A DNA stretch of 64,000 nucleotides, taken from assembly GCA_029864405.1 (NCBI GenBank), contig JAOTTP010000004.1, positions 22,047 to 86,046 on the forward strand, read 5' to 3'. Source of the stretch: Nitrospirota bacterium (GTDB lineage Bacteria > Nitrospirota > Nitrospiria > Nitrospirales > UBA8639). The notes under the pieces are model-generated. The model ran no database searches and had not been told where the DNA came from. It was given only the letters and a program-made list of their open reading frames with translations. Positions 17,844 through 27,684 of the stretch are shown here, piece by piece. The position numbers and the translations under genes were made by a program. Numbering within the stretch: position 1 is the first letter of the stretch; every line of letters starts with the position of its first letter.

Positions 17844-19589
17844 TTGAATGAAAAAGAAGGAGGGCGGGGACCCTTGAAAACACTGAATCGAAGTCTATGG
17901 ATAGTTCTAGCGTTGGGGGTAAGTGGGGTAGCTACCGCATTTGGCCAGGTTCCGGATGCTCCCCCTGTGGATTTTCCCTATGCGGGAAATCGAACGGCAG
18001 TGTGGGTCGTCGCTCAACTCCATATTTTATTTGCGGCGTTTATTCTAGGTGCGCCGATATTTGTGGTGGTGGCTGAATGGCTTGGGTATAAGAATAACGA
18101 TCCGAAGTATGATCGTCTGGCCAAGGAAGTCATTAAGGTCACAGTCATCCTGTATAGTATGACCGCCTTAACTGGAGGCCTGTTCATCTTTGTCCTGCTC
18201 GGGACATATCCCGACTTTTCGACGTGGCTTATCAAGCACTTCTTCCTTGTGTTTGCGGTTATCTATCCTCTGCTGTTTATCCTTGAAACCATTATTTTGT
18301 ACACCTATTTTTATTCATGGGATTCCATGAAGGGAGCGAAAAAAGGACGGCACATCGCTCTTGGTATCCTCCTGAATATTGTCGGGACGGTGACACTCTT
18401 TGTCATTGACGGTCCAACGTCTTTCATGAATACCCCTGCTAAAGCGGCGGGAGATTTATCCTTAGTAGAGTTTATCCAAACGGCCAGCCTCTGGGACAAG
18501 ATGGCTAATTTTAGCTGGATGCCCCTCAACCTCCATCGCCTGGTCGGAAATGTGACGTTTGGTGGATTTATTGCCGGGCTTATTGCGGCCTATATGTTTA
18601 TGGGATCAAAAACAGATGAGGAGCGAGCCTACTACGACTGGATGGGATTTGTGGGCAACATGATCGGTGTGGGGGCCTTGATGCTTCTTCCGTTCATGGG
18701 GTACCTCTTGGCCTATGAGTTGTGTGATTATGATGCCTCGATTTGTCCCTACATGATGGCCGACCAGTTGTCGATGTTCTTTGAGATGCAGGGGGCCATG
18801 ATTGGACTGATCTTTTTAGCCAGTAATTATTATATCTGGTTGAGTTTAAAGCGAATACAGGGTGTAGAGCAGGTACGAATATCTGGATTTGTCGCGGTGG
18901 TCGTACTGTTAATGCCAGCCATCATGGGATATACATGGAAAATGTTCCCACCACCTGAGTGGCAGTCTTTAATTGTCTTAGGGATCTTGGTCGTTCTTCC
19001 TGTGGTTCTTAGTAAAGTTCCTGGTCTTAAGAATTTCACGGTGTCCGCCTTTACCATGATCAAGATCGGTTTTTTAATGATTGTGGTGGCCGATGCCATT
19101 TGGATGACTCCTCACGGGTTTGTGCCAACGCAAGGGCTGGCCACCGAGGAAGTCGAGTTACCTTCATGGGCGGGTGAATTAGCGCTCATGCCAGCAAAGA
19201 ATGCTGCAGCCTTTACCCTCGTGTTCCTGACTGTGGTCAATTATCTCCTATATAACCGAGCCATTAAGCGCGGAACGATCATGTGGGGGAAAATTGATTT
19301 CGCTTCCCAGTTCGTCCTCATATTCCTGGCTTTTAGCGTGATTTGGACAATGGGCCTCATGGGGGCGGTGCGCTCGTTAACTCGAAAATATTACCATGTC
19401 TATAACCTCGTTCCTGATTTTACTCCGGAGGCGTTTACACCGACCTTGGCCTATTCGGCATGGTGGATAACGGGGGTGACTATTGTCTTTTATGCTGTTG
19501 TGAGTTTTGCCATCCTTGTCACGCTGAAAGCTGGAAGTCCAAAGCCGGCAACGTCATTGGCATCGTCAGTCCCGGTTGAAGCTAAATGA
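17844..19589 (+). CDS. Cytochrome bd-like oxidase subunit I (CydA homologue) 1
   Basis: QLHILFAAFILGAPIF (first heme His), SFMNTP, LHRLVGN (second heme His), many TM helices; no GRQPW motif. Confidence 0.82.
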   Translation: MNEKEGGRGPLKTLNRSLWIVLALGVSGVATAFGQVPDAPPVDFPYAGNRTAVWVVAQLHILFAAFILGAPIFVVVAEWLGYKNNDPKYDRLAKEVIKVTVILYSMTALTGGLFIFVLLGTYPDFSTWLIKHFFLVFAVIYPLLFILETIILYTYFYSWDSMKGAKKGRHIALGILLNIVGTVTLFVIDGPTSFMNTPAKAAGDLSLVEFIQTASLWDKMANFSWMPLNLHRLVGNVTFGGFIAGLIAAYMFMGSKTDEERAYYDWMGFVGNMIGVGALMLLPFMGYLLAYELCDYDASICPYMMADQLSMFFEMQGAMIGLIFLASNYYIWLSLKRIQGVEQVRISGFVAVVVLLMPAIMGYTWKMFPPPEWQSLIVLGILVVLPVVLSKVPGLKNFTVSAFTMIKIGFLMIVVADAIWMTPHGFVPTQGLATEEVELPSWAGELALMPAKNAAAFTLVFLTVVNYLLYNRAIKRGTIMWGKIDFASQFVLIFLAFSVIWTMGLMGAVRSLTRKYYHVYNLVPDFTPEAFTPTLAYSAWWITGVTIVFYAVVSFAILVTLKAGSPKPATSLASSVPVEAK

Positions 19590-19613
19590 GAAGGTTTAAA
19601 AAAGAGGAAACAA

Positions 19614-20420
19614 ATGGCTAACCAAAGTTTTGCCAAGAGTGTCATGAAGAAGACCACCCTGGGGGTCATTATTGGTGTGCTTTTGGTTGTGATCGCCCAA
19701 CAGACACATTTCCCACCAGTCTTTCAGATCATGTTTTTTCTTTATGCGATGCTCGGGGCTTTGGTATTCATTCTTTTAGATGCTCCAGCAATGAAACGCC
19801 TGGAAGGGTTGAAGGCGTTGGGGGCTTTATTGGTGTTCTACCTCTTGCTTTCGGGTCTCTATATTGCCGGTGCGTCGATTCTCCCCCAGTTTGACCCGGA
19901 AGATGAGAAGGGGAAAATTGAAAAAGTCTTGAAGCTTCGGCGCGCCCAAACCGAACTGGGAAAGGCTGATGAGCTTATTGCTCGGGCCAAAGAATTAGAT
20001 GAACGGGCTAAGGCTATTTCCAAACAACTGTCTTCTCTGGGAGCTGATGCCAAAGTTGAAGTGGCGGCTACGACCAGTGCAGGTGGGGCAGCTTCTGGGG
20101 ATATCGTGGCCCTTGGAAAAGATCAGTGGGAACTTCAAGAATGCTATAACTGCCATAAACTCTATGGGCAAGGCGGGAAAAAGCGTGGTCCTGAGATGGA
20201 TAATATCGGTAATCTCATGACTGTCGACCAACTCAAAGAGAAAATTCTATATCCGAAAAGCTGGAAAGCAGAAGGATTTGATAAGGATTACGATAAAGGG
20301 AAAATGCCTGATAAGTATAAAGATCTCATGTTCCCACAAGAAATTGATGCCCTTGTTGCCTTTCTTGCTTCGTTGAAAGATGAGTCGGTCAAAACTCCGA
20401 AGCCAATAAAAATGAACTAA
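19614..20420 (+). CDS. Membrane-anchored cytochrome c with coiled-coil stalk
   Basis: Three N-terminal TMs, helical stalk, CYNCH, RGPEMDNIG, KMP. Confidence 0.85.
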   Translation: MANQSFAKSVMKKTTLGVIIGVLLVVIAQQTHFPPVFQIMFFLYAMLGALVFILLDAPAMKRLEGLKALGALLVFYLLLSGLYIAGASILPQFDPEDEKGKIEKVLKLRRAQTELGKADELIARAKELDERAKAISKQLSSLGADAKVEVAATTSAGGAASGDIVALGKDQWELQECYNCHKLYGQGGKKRGPEMDNIGNLMTVDQLKEKILYPKSWKAEGFDKDYDKGKMPDKYKDLMFPQEIDALVAFLASLKDESVKTPKPIKMN

Positions 20421-20446
20421 TCCACATCTGAGGTTTTCCTCTGGCC

Positions 20447-21391
20447 ATGCAACCAAAATTGACAGCAAAAGCACTATGTGCGGACAAAGAAGTCGGGAAG
20501 ATTTCTAAGGTTATCGTTGATCCTCTTTCCCATGAAATTAGCCATGTCATTGTACGGGAAATGAATGGTCAGGGAGTGGAACGTCAGGTTCCTATTGGCC
20601 AAGTTCAGGAAGTGGTGAGCGAGGAGGAAATTGTCCTTCGATGTTCCAGGGAGGAATTCGGTCGATTCCCGGTACTGGAGCGAGATCAGTATGTCACGGT
20701 TAAGGAAGTTGAAATTGCGCACTTAGAGGATCATCTGCATGTTGAGCCTGGAGAAATTTTGGTTCCTCTTCCTCGTCTCGAGCAAGGGGTTCCCCGACGA
20801 ACGTTTTTTACCAATATGACGCATGCGATTGGGACGTTAATTGCCTTGCCCTTAGCGTTTCCTGTGTTGAAGTACCTCATGAAGCCCATGTTTAAGCCCT
20901 ACGATAATGCCTGGTTTTCCGTTGGCAATGTTAAGAAGGTGAGTAAAGAGAATATTGGTTTCCAGTTTAAATTTACCCGCGGATTTAAAGAAGCCTTTAT
21001 GCCAGAGCAACAGATTGAAAAAAATATTTGGGTGGTCAAGGCGACTCCAGCGGTACAAAAGGCGGTGTACGAGGGAAATGATAGGAAGTTCTTCGATGAT
21101 AAGGGTGAGGTGATTTGGGTGAACAAGGCCAATTCCCCCTACATCGGCTACTCCGGGAAATGCCCTCATCTGGGTTGTGGATATAAATGGAGAAAAACGA
21201 AAAATTTTCCAGAGGGGGTGTTTTTGTGCCCGTGTCATCTGAGTATTTATGATGAAGCGGGAAAAGTCATCGATGGGCCGGCACCGAGACCTCTCGATGT
21301 CCTTCCCATGCAAGTTGATGCCGGTGGAGAAGTGAAAATCATCGATGTGGAGTATAAAGCCGGGGTTAATAAACAAATTCGGCTTCTGTAA
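20447..21391 (+). CDS. Rieske [2Fe-2S] protein with N-terminal PRC-barrel
   Basis: VGKISKVIVDP PRC pattern; internal RRTFF plus TM; CPHLGC and CPCHLSIY boxes; GPAPRPL. Confidence 0.9.
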   Translation: MQPKLTAKALCADKEVGKISKVIVDPLSHEISHVIVREMNGQGVERQVPIGQVQEVVSEEEIVLRCSREEFGRFPVLERDQYVTVKEVEIAHLEDHLHVEPGEILVPLPRLEQGVPRRTFFTNMTHAIGTLIALPLAFPVLKYLMKPMFKPYDNAWFSVGNVKKVSKENIGFQFKFTRGFKEAFMPEQQIEKNIWVVKATPAVQKAVYEGNDRKFFDDKGEVIWVNKANSPYIGYSGKCPHLGCGYKWRKTKNFPEGVFLCPCHLSIYDEAGKVIDGPAPRPLDVLPMQVDAGGEVKIIDVEYKAGVNKQIRLL

Positions 21392-21419
21392 AAGCCTGGG
21401 ATGGAATGGTGAAAGGCGC

Positions 21420-22532
21420 ATGAAGGAAGACAGTCAATCCGTGAATCAACAAAATGCCTTTGAAAAGGTCGTTGAATTTGTTGATGAGCGAGTAGGTCTG
21501 AAAACTATTCAGGCCAAAATGCTGAATGAGCCAATCCCTGGCGGTTCTCGCTGGGCCTATGCTTTTGGCTCTGTGCTGTTGTTTATCTTTATTGTTCAAG
21601 TCGTCACGGGGATTTTGTTGATGTTCTACTATGTCCCCAGTACAGATCACGCCTATGCGAGTACTCAATACATCATCCATGAGGTGGACTACGGATGGTT
21701 TCTCCTGAGCTACCATTTTTGGGGATCCTCTGCCATGGTGGTGATGGTTTTTGCTCATATGTCTCAGGTCTTTTTATGGGGTGCTTATAAAAAGCCACGA
21801 GAACTGGTCTGGTTGGTGGGCTTGGCATTGTTTGGTATTGTGATGGGTTTTGGATTTACCGGCTATCTCCTCCCCTGGGACCAACGCGCATACTGGGCCA
21901 CGGTAGTCGGGGTAGAAATCATGGATAAAACTCCACTGATTGGGGATTTTTTGGCTAGATTTCTTAAGGGTGGTCCGACACCGGGACAAATGACGCTGAG
22001 CCGGTTTTTTGTCATCCATGTCATGGTCTTGCCGGCTGCTTTAGCTGGGCTGGCCGGGCTTCATATTTTTCTCTTTAGAAAGGCTGGGCCTGCTGGACCA
22101 TTTAGGGGCACTCCTGAAGAGATCAAAGCGAAAACGGATTACTTCTTTCCTCGTCAGATCTGGAAAGATATTGTGGCCATGGCCACTGTTTTTTTAATCA
22201 TTTGTTCTCTTGCCTTCATTGAGCCAGTGGTGTTGCTGGAACAAGCGACTCCTGATCCTGGTGATTATCATCCGGAGCCAGAGTGGTATTTCTTGTTCTT
22301 ATTCCAGTTGCTTCGATTGAAGATTTTTGGCGGAGAGTTTGGGCAATTCCTTGGAGCTATGGCCATACCAGGCGCCTTTATGGCGTTTTTAGCGGCACTG
22401 CCTTTTTTGGATACAAATTCAGAGCGAAATATCTTTAAACGGCCCCTGGCTCTGATTGGCTGGACTGTGGTCATGGTCTTTATTTTAGTATTTACTGTGT
22501 CAGCCATTATTAATCGGGAGTTTTTAGACTAA
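21420..22532 (+). CDS. Cytochrome b of a Rieske/cytochrome b complex
   Basis: Four heme His, GFTGYLLPWDQRAYWA, PEWY motif; ATG at 21420. Confidence 0.93.
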   Translation: MKEDSQSVNQQNAFEKVVEFVDERVGLKTIQAKMLNEPIPGGSRWAYAFGSVLLFIFIVQVVTGILLMFYYVPSTDHAYASTQYIIHEVDYGWFLLSYHFWGSSAMVVMVFAHMSQVFLWGAYKKPRELVWLVGLALFGIVMGFGFTGYLLPWDQRAYWATVVGVEIMDKTPLIGDFLARFLKGGPTPGQMTLSRFFVIHVMVLPAALAGLAGLHIFLFRKAGPAGPFRGTPEEIKAKTDYFFPRQIWKDIVAMATVFLIICSLAFIEPVVLLEQATPDPGDYHPEPEWYFLFLFQLLRLKIFGGEFGQFLGAMAIPGAFMAFLAALPFLDTNSERNIFKRPLALIGWTVVMVFILVFTVSAIINREFLD

Positions 22533-22545
22533 TCTCTGGAAGCAT

Positions 22546-23412
22546 ATGTCGAATACGAAGTTAGGACTTCTTGTTTTTTGGCCGACATTCTGGACCGGGT
22601 TTCCAATAAAGATGGTTTTCGCCTTGTTGTTGCTCGCAGCGCACATGCACCCTTGGGAGGGGACTGGGCTATATTTATTGTTACTAGTCTCCATTCCGGT
22701 AGATATTTGGGCGCTTGGTCTTTGTGCAAGAACAGTATTCATTGATCGGTTGAAGGTCGATCCGCAACCGGGCCTTGGTCTGAATCTTTGGATACGATGG
22801 GCAGCCTTTAGTGCAGTGGCTTTACCGATCATAACAATAGTGGTGTCCATGGTAACGGAAACTGCTAAATCTGTGGTTGCCAGTATTGTTGAATCTATTA
22901 AAGAGAATATCTTGACGATTCCGGTTGCCGAACAAATAAGTCTTGAGCTGGTTATGTGGGGTAGTGTCGCATCTGTCGCGCTCATTCTTTGTTTGATTGG
23001 GTGGCTGTATGGTTTAGGATGGTTCGCTCAACCATTTGTGAAAAATGCAAAACCGGTAATAGGTACGACAGCTGACCAGGCGAACTTTTGGGATAGTTTA
23101 CGTATTCCAGCTGATCAGCCCCTGCTCTTAACAGCATTTACCGGGATGGGGGTTGTGCTGGTGTTCATTTTTTGGGTTCTCCTGCCTCAAACGACACCAC
23201 ATCCACATGAAGAATATGTCTATACTTTTGAAAAAAAGGAAGTGGTCATAGTTGAACCAAAAAAGATATTAAAGGAAGCAGAACAAGTTTTGGCCAACGC
23301 AGAACTTGTAGTGATAAAGCTTCAGGATGAAAAATCAGGAGATGCAGAAGCCTCTTCAGAAACATCTGGAAAGGCTAGCGATCTTTCACCGGAAGCCAAG
23401 CAGGAAAAATAA
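22546..23412 (+). CDS. Hypothetical polytopic membrane protein of the respiratory cluster
   Basis: About five hydrophobic segments, PHPHEEY motif, tight spacing after cytochrome b. Confidence 0.72.
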   Translation: MSNTKLGLLVFWPTFWTGFPIKMVFALLLLAAHMHPWEGTGLYLLLLVSIPVDIWALGLCARTVFIDRLKVDPQPGLGLNLWIRWAAFSAVALPIITIVVSMVTETAKSVVASIVESIKENILTIPVAEQISLELVMWGSVASVALILCLIGWLYGLGWFAQPFVKNAKPVIGTTADQANFWDSLRIPADQPLLLTAFTGMGVVLVFIFWVLLPQTTPHPHEEYVYTFEKKEVVIVEPKKILKEAEQVLANAELVVIKLQDEKSGDAEASSETSGKASDLSPEAKQEK

Positions 23413-23481
23413 GGCAGGAATGCTACCTCCGACAAAGGATGGAAAAACCTAAAGAAGGTTTGCGGCCTAGGGAGATCAGCC

Positions 23482-25404
23482 TTGAACCAACTCATGAACG
23501 ATCGAAGGGGGGCCAGAATGAAATCGGCCGGCCAATTAGGACCTGCAACGGTTGTACAAGGAATGAATAGGATGTCTGGTTTTCTTAAATTAGCAAGTTT
23601 TTTCGCTCTTCTCTTTCTCCCGGCTTTGGCCATGGCGGCTGGAGGTGCGGAAATTCAGGCCATGTCGGTTGAATATCGTGATGTTCCTGGAATCGGCAGC
23701 CGTAACCTGGTATGGATTGTCGCGCAGCAACATTTGTTGTTAGCTGGCTTTGTGTTAGGGGTCCCGATTTTTGCCTGGATTTGCGAACTGGTTGGATGGA
23801 AAACTAAAGAACCTCGGTATGACAAGCTCGCCAAAGAGTTTACAAAGCTTTTGACGTCAGCCTATGCCACCACTGCTTTGTTTGGTGGAATTCTCTTATT
23901 CCTGCTGATTGGCCTGTATCCAAAATTGATGGCCTATCTGACCGATATGTTTTTTCCTTCCTTCCTCGTGTATTGCCTGCTCTTCTTATTAGAAACGGCC
24001 ACCCTGTATATGTATTGGTACGGGTGGGATTACATGCAGGGGAATAAAAAAGCCTTTCATCTGTTTTTAGGATTCCTCCTGAATTTATTTGCCCTCGGGA
24101 TCATGGCTGTTCCAAATTCATGGGCAACTTTCCAGGCGAGTCCTGTCGTGGTGGGGGATGGCGATGCCTGGGCGAGAGCTTGGATGGCCATGCAAAACCC
24201 GACATGGATGCCGGTCAATATCCATCGCCTCATCGCGAATGTGGTCCTGGGTGGGTTTATTGTTGGGGCCTATGCAGGAATACGATATCTTTTGGCCGTT
24301 TCACAGGAAGAGCGGGAGCATTACGATTGGATGGGGTATGTCGGGAACTTTATTGGGGTGTTTGGTATGTTGCCTCTCCCATTCGCCGGCTATTGGCTGA
24401 TGCGGGAAGTCTACCAGTACAACCAACAGATGGGCATTACCCTCATGGGTGGATTCCTTGCATGGTTGTTTATTCTCCAAGCGATGCTTATTGGGGTGCT
24501 CTTCCTCGGTGCGAATTACTATTTCTGGATGGGTATTACCTATCGAATACCAGGGTCTGAGAATCAGTACAAGAAGCCTATTATGGCGATGCTCGTCGTC
24601 TTATTATTATGTCTTGGTGTGTGGATGACCCCACATTCCTTGGTGGCGAGCTTGGCGGAAGCCCAAAAAATGGGCGGAACGCACCATCCATTGCTAGGGG
24701 TGTTCGGTGTGATGTCCGCCAAAATGACGGTAGCGAATATCATGATCCTCGTGACGTTTATGAGTTTTATTATGTATTGGCGTGCGGGGAAGCAAGAAAC
24801 CGCTGTGTGGGCCAAAGCTGCAAAAGCTGTGATGGGTGCGTTGCTGGTTATTGGTGGTGTGGCGGTAATTGTTCTTGGGGTATGGGGATATTTTGTGCCA
24901 GCCATTATTCGGATTAATTATTTCTCCGTGGCCCAAGTGCTCATAGTCTTATTTATTATGGTGACGTTTACGCCATTGACCGCCTTATTGATGAAAAGCG
25001 CGAAGACGACCACAGAAATGGTGTGGGGAAAAATGCCCATACGTGCGGGGTATAGTTTGGTTCTCAATGCGGTGATGGTGATTCTGCTGATGTCCCTTAT
25101 GGGCTATGCACGATCCTCTTCGCGGGTACATTGGCATATTTATGGGGTGATGCGGGATACCTCGGAATATGCCTTCTCCCCGGCATTAGGCTATGCAGCC
25201 GCTTTTATGTCTCTGAATACTTTTGTGTATTGCTTGTTGGTCGCGTTCATCTTTTGGGTTGCCACGTTGGGAGATAAGGCTAAAGCTCAACAGCCCAAGG
25301 GCCCACTGGCTGACGTTCCTTCTGGTGCCGCTCCGGCTATGGCTGGGGGAGCACCAAGTTCCAGCGAAGCGATTGAATCTGGGATCCTCGAAAACCATAA
25401 GTGA
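23482..25404 (+). CDS. Cytochrome bd-like oxidase subunit I (CydA homologue) 2; start may be ~23563-23572
   Basis: QQHLLLAGFVLGVPIF, NIHRLIAN, paralogous to 17844; extra His motifs THH and HWH. Confidence 0.82.
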   Translation: MNQLMNDRRGARMKSAGQLGPATVVQGMNRMSGFLKLASFFALLFLPALAMAAGGAEIQAMSVEYRDVPGIGSRNLVWIVAQQHLLLAGFVLGVPIFAWICELVGWKTKEPRYDKLAKEFTKLLTSAYATTALFGGILLFLLIGLYPKLMAYLTDMFFPSFLVYCLLFLLETATLYMYWYGWDYMQGNKKAFHLFLGFLLNLFALGIMAVPNSWATFQASPVVVGDGDAWARAWMAMQNPTWMPVNIHRLIANVVLGGFIVGAYAGIRYLLAVSQEEREHYDWMGYVGNFIGVFGMLPLPFAGYWLMREVYQYNQQMGITLMGGFLAWLFILQAMLIGVLFLGANYYFWMGITYRIPGSENQYKKPIMAMLVVLLLCLGVWMTPHSLVASLAEAQKMGGTHHPLLGVFGVMSAKMTVANIMILVTFMSFIMYWRAGKQETAVWAKAAKAVMGALLVIGGVAVIVLGVWGYFVPAIIRINYFSVAQVLIVLFIMVTFTPLTALLMKSAKTTTEMVWGKMPIRAGYSLVLNAVMVILLMSLMGYARSSSRVHWHIYGVMRDTSEYAFSPALGYAAAFMSLNTFVYCLLVAFIFWVATLGDKAKAQQPKGPLADVPSGAAPAMAGGAPSSSEAIESGILENHK

Positions 25405-25410
25405 GGCATC

Positions 25411-26049
25411 ATGAGTGAAGTTGCATTACTCCAAATAATTGGTCTTTGCGTTGTTGGAACCGGGCTTCTCATTCTGTTGTTTATCAAAGGGATGTTTCTC
25501 CGTGTCCTAGGTTTTGTGGCCATGGTCTTGGGAACCTTTAGTTTGATCGCCTTGAGCGTCCCTCAAATGGCCTCATTGCCCCCAGCCATCGAAACGTTTG
25601 ATTTAGCTGAAGTGAAAAGCCCAGATGATTTGGCGGCGATTGGCCAAAAAATATTTTTCAGCAAGGGTCAATGTGCGCTGTGTCATTCGATTGGGCCTAG
25701 TGAGTCGTCTCGATGCCCAGACTTGAATGGCATTGGCGCGAAGTTAGCCCCGGATTTTATTTATGAAAGTCTCACGCAACCGCAAGCTTATATTTATTTA
25801 GATTTTCGTCATGGAACGAAGCCTGAAGAATATCCGGCGCGCATGCCCCATATCGATAAGGATCCCATTGGACTCACCAAGCCAGAAATTTATTCAGTGA
25901 TCGCCTTTCTCCAAAAAATGAGTGGGGAGCCGATCAGTATCAAAGTTGAGGATATTATGGAATCTGCGCAAGAACCAGCCGATTCCTTAAAGGTGGCTTT
26001 GGTCTCTTCACCACTGAAATCTCAAATGCAGAATTTGGCGGCTCACTAA
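25411..26049 (+). CDS. Membrane-anchored monoheme cytochrome c
   Basis: Two TMs, CALCH, RCPDL, RMP. Confidence 0.87.
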   Translation: MSEVALLQIIGLCVVGTGLLILLFIKGMFLRVLGFVAMVLGTFSLIALSVPQMASLPPAIETFDLAEVKSPDDLAAIGQKIFFSKGQCALCHSIGPSESSRCPDLNGIGAKLAPDFIYESLTQPQAYIYLDFRHGTKPEEYPARMPHIDKDPIGLTKPEIYSVIAFLQKMSGEPISIKVEDIMESAQEPADSLKVALVSSPLKSQMQNLAAH

Positions 26050-26077
26050 AGGGATTAGCCAGAATGAGGAGAACATC

Positions 26078-26803
26078 ATGAAAGGTCCAATAGCGAGTGG
26101 GGCAATTCTTCTTGCCGGGATGTTCATCTTTTTGAAATTTATTCTTCCGTTGCTCACCGCACCCCTTCCGGCTAGTTTAATTTATCTGTATTTGGCCATC
26201 ACGTTAAGCGGAATCATGATTTTCGGAACCATGAGTGCCTCATCGTTGGAGTCCCTCATGGGTCCTATTTTCAGATTTTTATCGGGGAAGGGCCAGTCTG
26301 GGGCTGGACAAATGGCCAGGTTAGCGGTTTTGGTGTTGTTCCCGTTATTGGTTGGTTGGCAAACCTATACGACTTTGGCTCCCAGTGATCTTCCTCCGGG
26401 GGAAAATCGGACGATTCATCCCGCTCCTCCTGGTGAGTTTGTCGGTTTATCAAATCCTTATCCCAAAACACCTGAAAACATCATGATGGGTAAGGGCCTG
26501 TATGCCGCCTACTGCTCCCCCTGCCACGGAGCAAATTATGATGGAAAAGGTCCGGCGGCACCTGGCTTTAATCCTCCTCCAGCCAACTTTAGTGATCCAG
26601 GGACTATTGCGCAGTTACAAGAGGCGTATTTGTTCTGGCGGATAAAAAAAGGTGGAGTGGGTTTACCGGTGGAAGGGATGCCATGGAAATCGGCTATGCC
26701 ACGATGGGAAGTTGAATTACCAGAAGAATTCATTTGGAAAATTATTATGGGTGAATATGATGGGGCGCACCAATCCCCACGGACTTGGGAAGAAGAAGAC
26801 TAG
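26078..26803 (+). CDS. Membrane-anchored monoheme cytochrome c
   Basis: Three TMs, CSPCHG...GKGP, PPPANF, SAMPRW. Confidence 0.87.
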   Translation: MKGPIASGAILLAGMFIFLKFILPLLTAPLPASLIYLYLAITLSGIMIFGTMSASSLESLMGPIFRFLSGKGQSGAGQMARLAVLVLFPLLVGWQTYTTLAPSDLPPGENRTIHPAPPGEFVGLSNPYPKTPENIMMGKGLYAAYCSPCHGANYDGKGPAAPGFNPPPANFSDPGTIAQLQEAYLFWRIKKGGVGLPVEGMPWKSAMPRWEVELPEEFIWKIIMGEYDGAHQSPRTWEEED

Positions 26804-26829
26804 ACTCAAGCCAATTATGATGTGGATGA

Positions 26830-27684
26830 ATGAGTGGAGAATATGACATGTTGAACGGACTAGGAAGCCTAAGGACAATATCCATTATTGGGCTGTTCGG
26901 GGTCCTTGGATTTTCGTCAGCTTTTGCCAGTGAGCCTCCTGCTTCAGAAGCATCAGGTAGCGTCTCAGTGCGAATGTATCAATTAGAAGGCAGTTTACCG
27001 TCCGAAGACCCTAATTCTTCACAATGGGATTCAGTGCCAGGGTCAGAATTTAAACTGGCCCCTCAGGTGCATTGGCCTCCACGAATCCAAGAGGTGACCG
27101 TGAAGTCGGTCAAGGTCAAAGGGGTTCATAACGGCCAAGAACTGGCCATACTCGTGGAATATGAAGATCCCACCGAAGATGCTGCCGATGCGGCGGCCCT
27201 TGAATTTATGGTGGGCGATAAACCGGCTCATTTTGCACACGGCCAGGAAATGCTGCAAGTTGAAGGGGGCCCGGTAAATATTTGGTTTTGGAAAAAGGAA
27301 AATGGCAAAGCGGTCGACATGAGTGCAAAGGGATTTAAGACCTTGGAAACTCAAAAGCAGCAAGATGTGAAGGCAAAAGGGGTTTGGCAAAATGGCACCT
27401 GGAAAGTGGTCTTTTCCCGATCATTGAAAACTGAGGATGGGCAGGACGTTCAAATAGAACCAGGCGAATGGCGTAGTGTAGCGTTTGCCTTTTGGGATGG
27501 GGCTATTGTCGATGGTCTTGTCAAGGAAAAAGGTGGGCAGAAAGCCGTTTCCACTTGGTGGTATATTCGCGCGGAACCGAGTGCAGATAATTCCATTTTT
27601 GGCTGGGTCATTTTGGGCTTAGCCCTCGCAGCGGGCTTTGAATTGGTGATTGTAAGGAAACTGAGAAAGGGACAATCAGTATGA
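26830..27684 (+). CDS. EbdC-like (DMSO reductase type II gamma/NxrC-like) heme-b binding protein with C-terminal TM
   Basis: Signal peptide; PVNIWFWK, WQNGTWKVVFSRSL, VAFAFWDG....GGQK motifs of the EB_dh/DOMON heme domain. Confidence 0.8.
   Translation: MSGEYDMLNGLGSLRTISIIGLFGVLGFSSAFASEPPASEASGSVSVRMYQLEGSLPSEDPNSSQWDSVPGSEFKLAPQVHWPPRIQEVTVKSVKVKGVHNGQELAILVEYEDPTEDAADAAALEFMVGDKPAHFAHGQEMLQVEGGPVNIWFWKKENGKAVDMSAKGFKTLETQKQQDVKAKGVWQNGTWKVVFSRSLKTEDGQDVQIEPGEWRSVAFAFWDGAIVDGLVKEKGGQKAVSTWWYIRAEPSADNSIFGWVILGLALAAGFELVIVRKLRKGQSV

Noticed and set aside
17844-25404. Calling these genes canonical cydA/cydB
   Set aside because: Both are subunit-I-like, lack GRQPW and a recognisable Q-loop motif, and no CydB is present.
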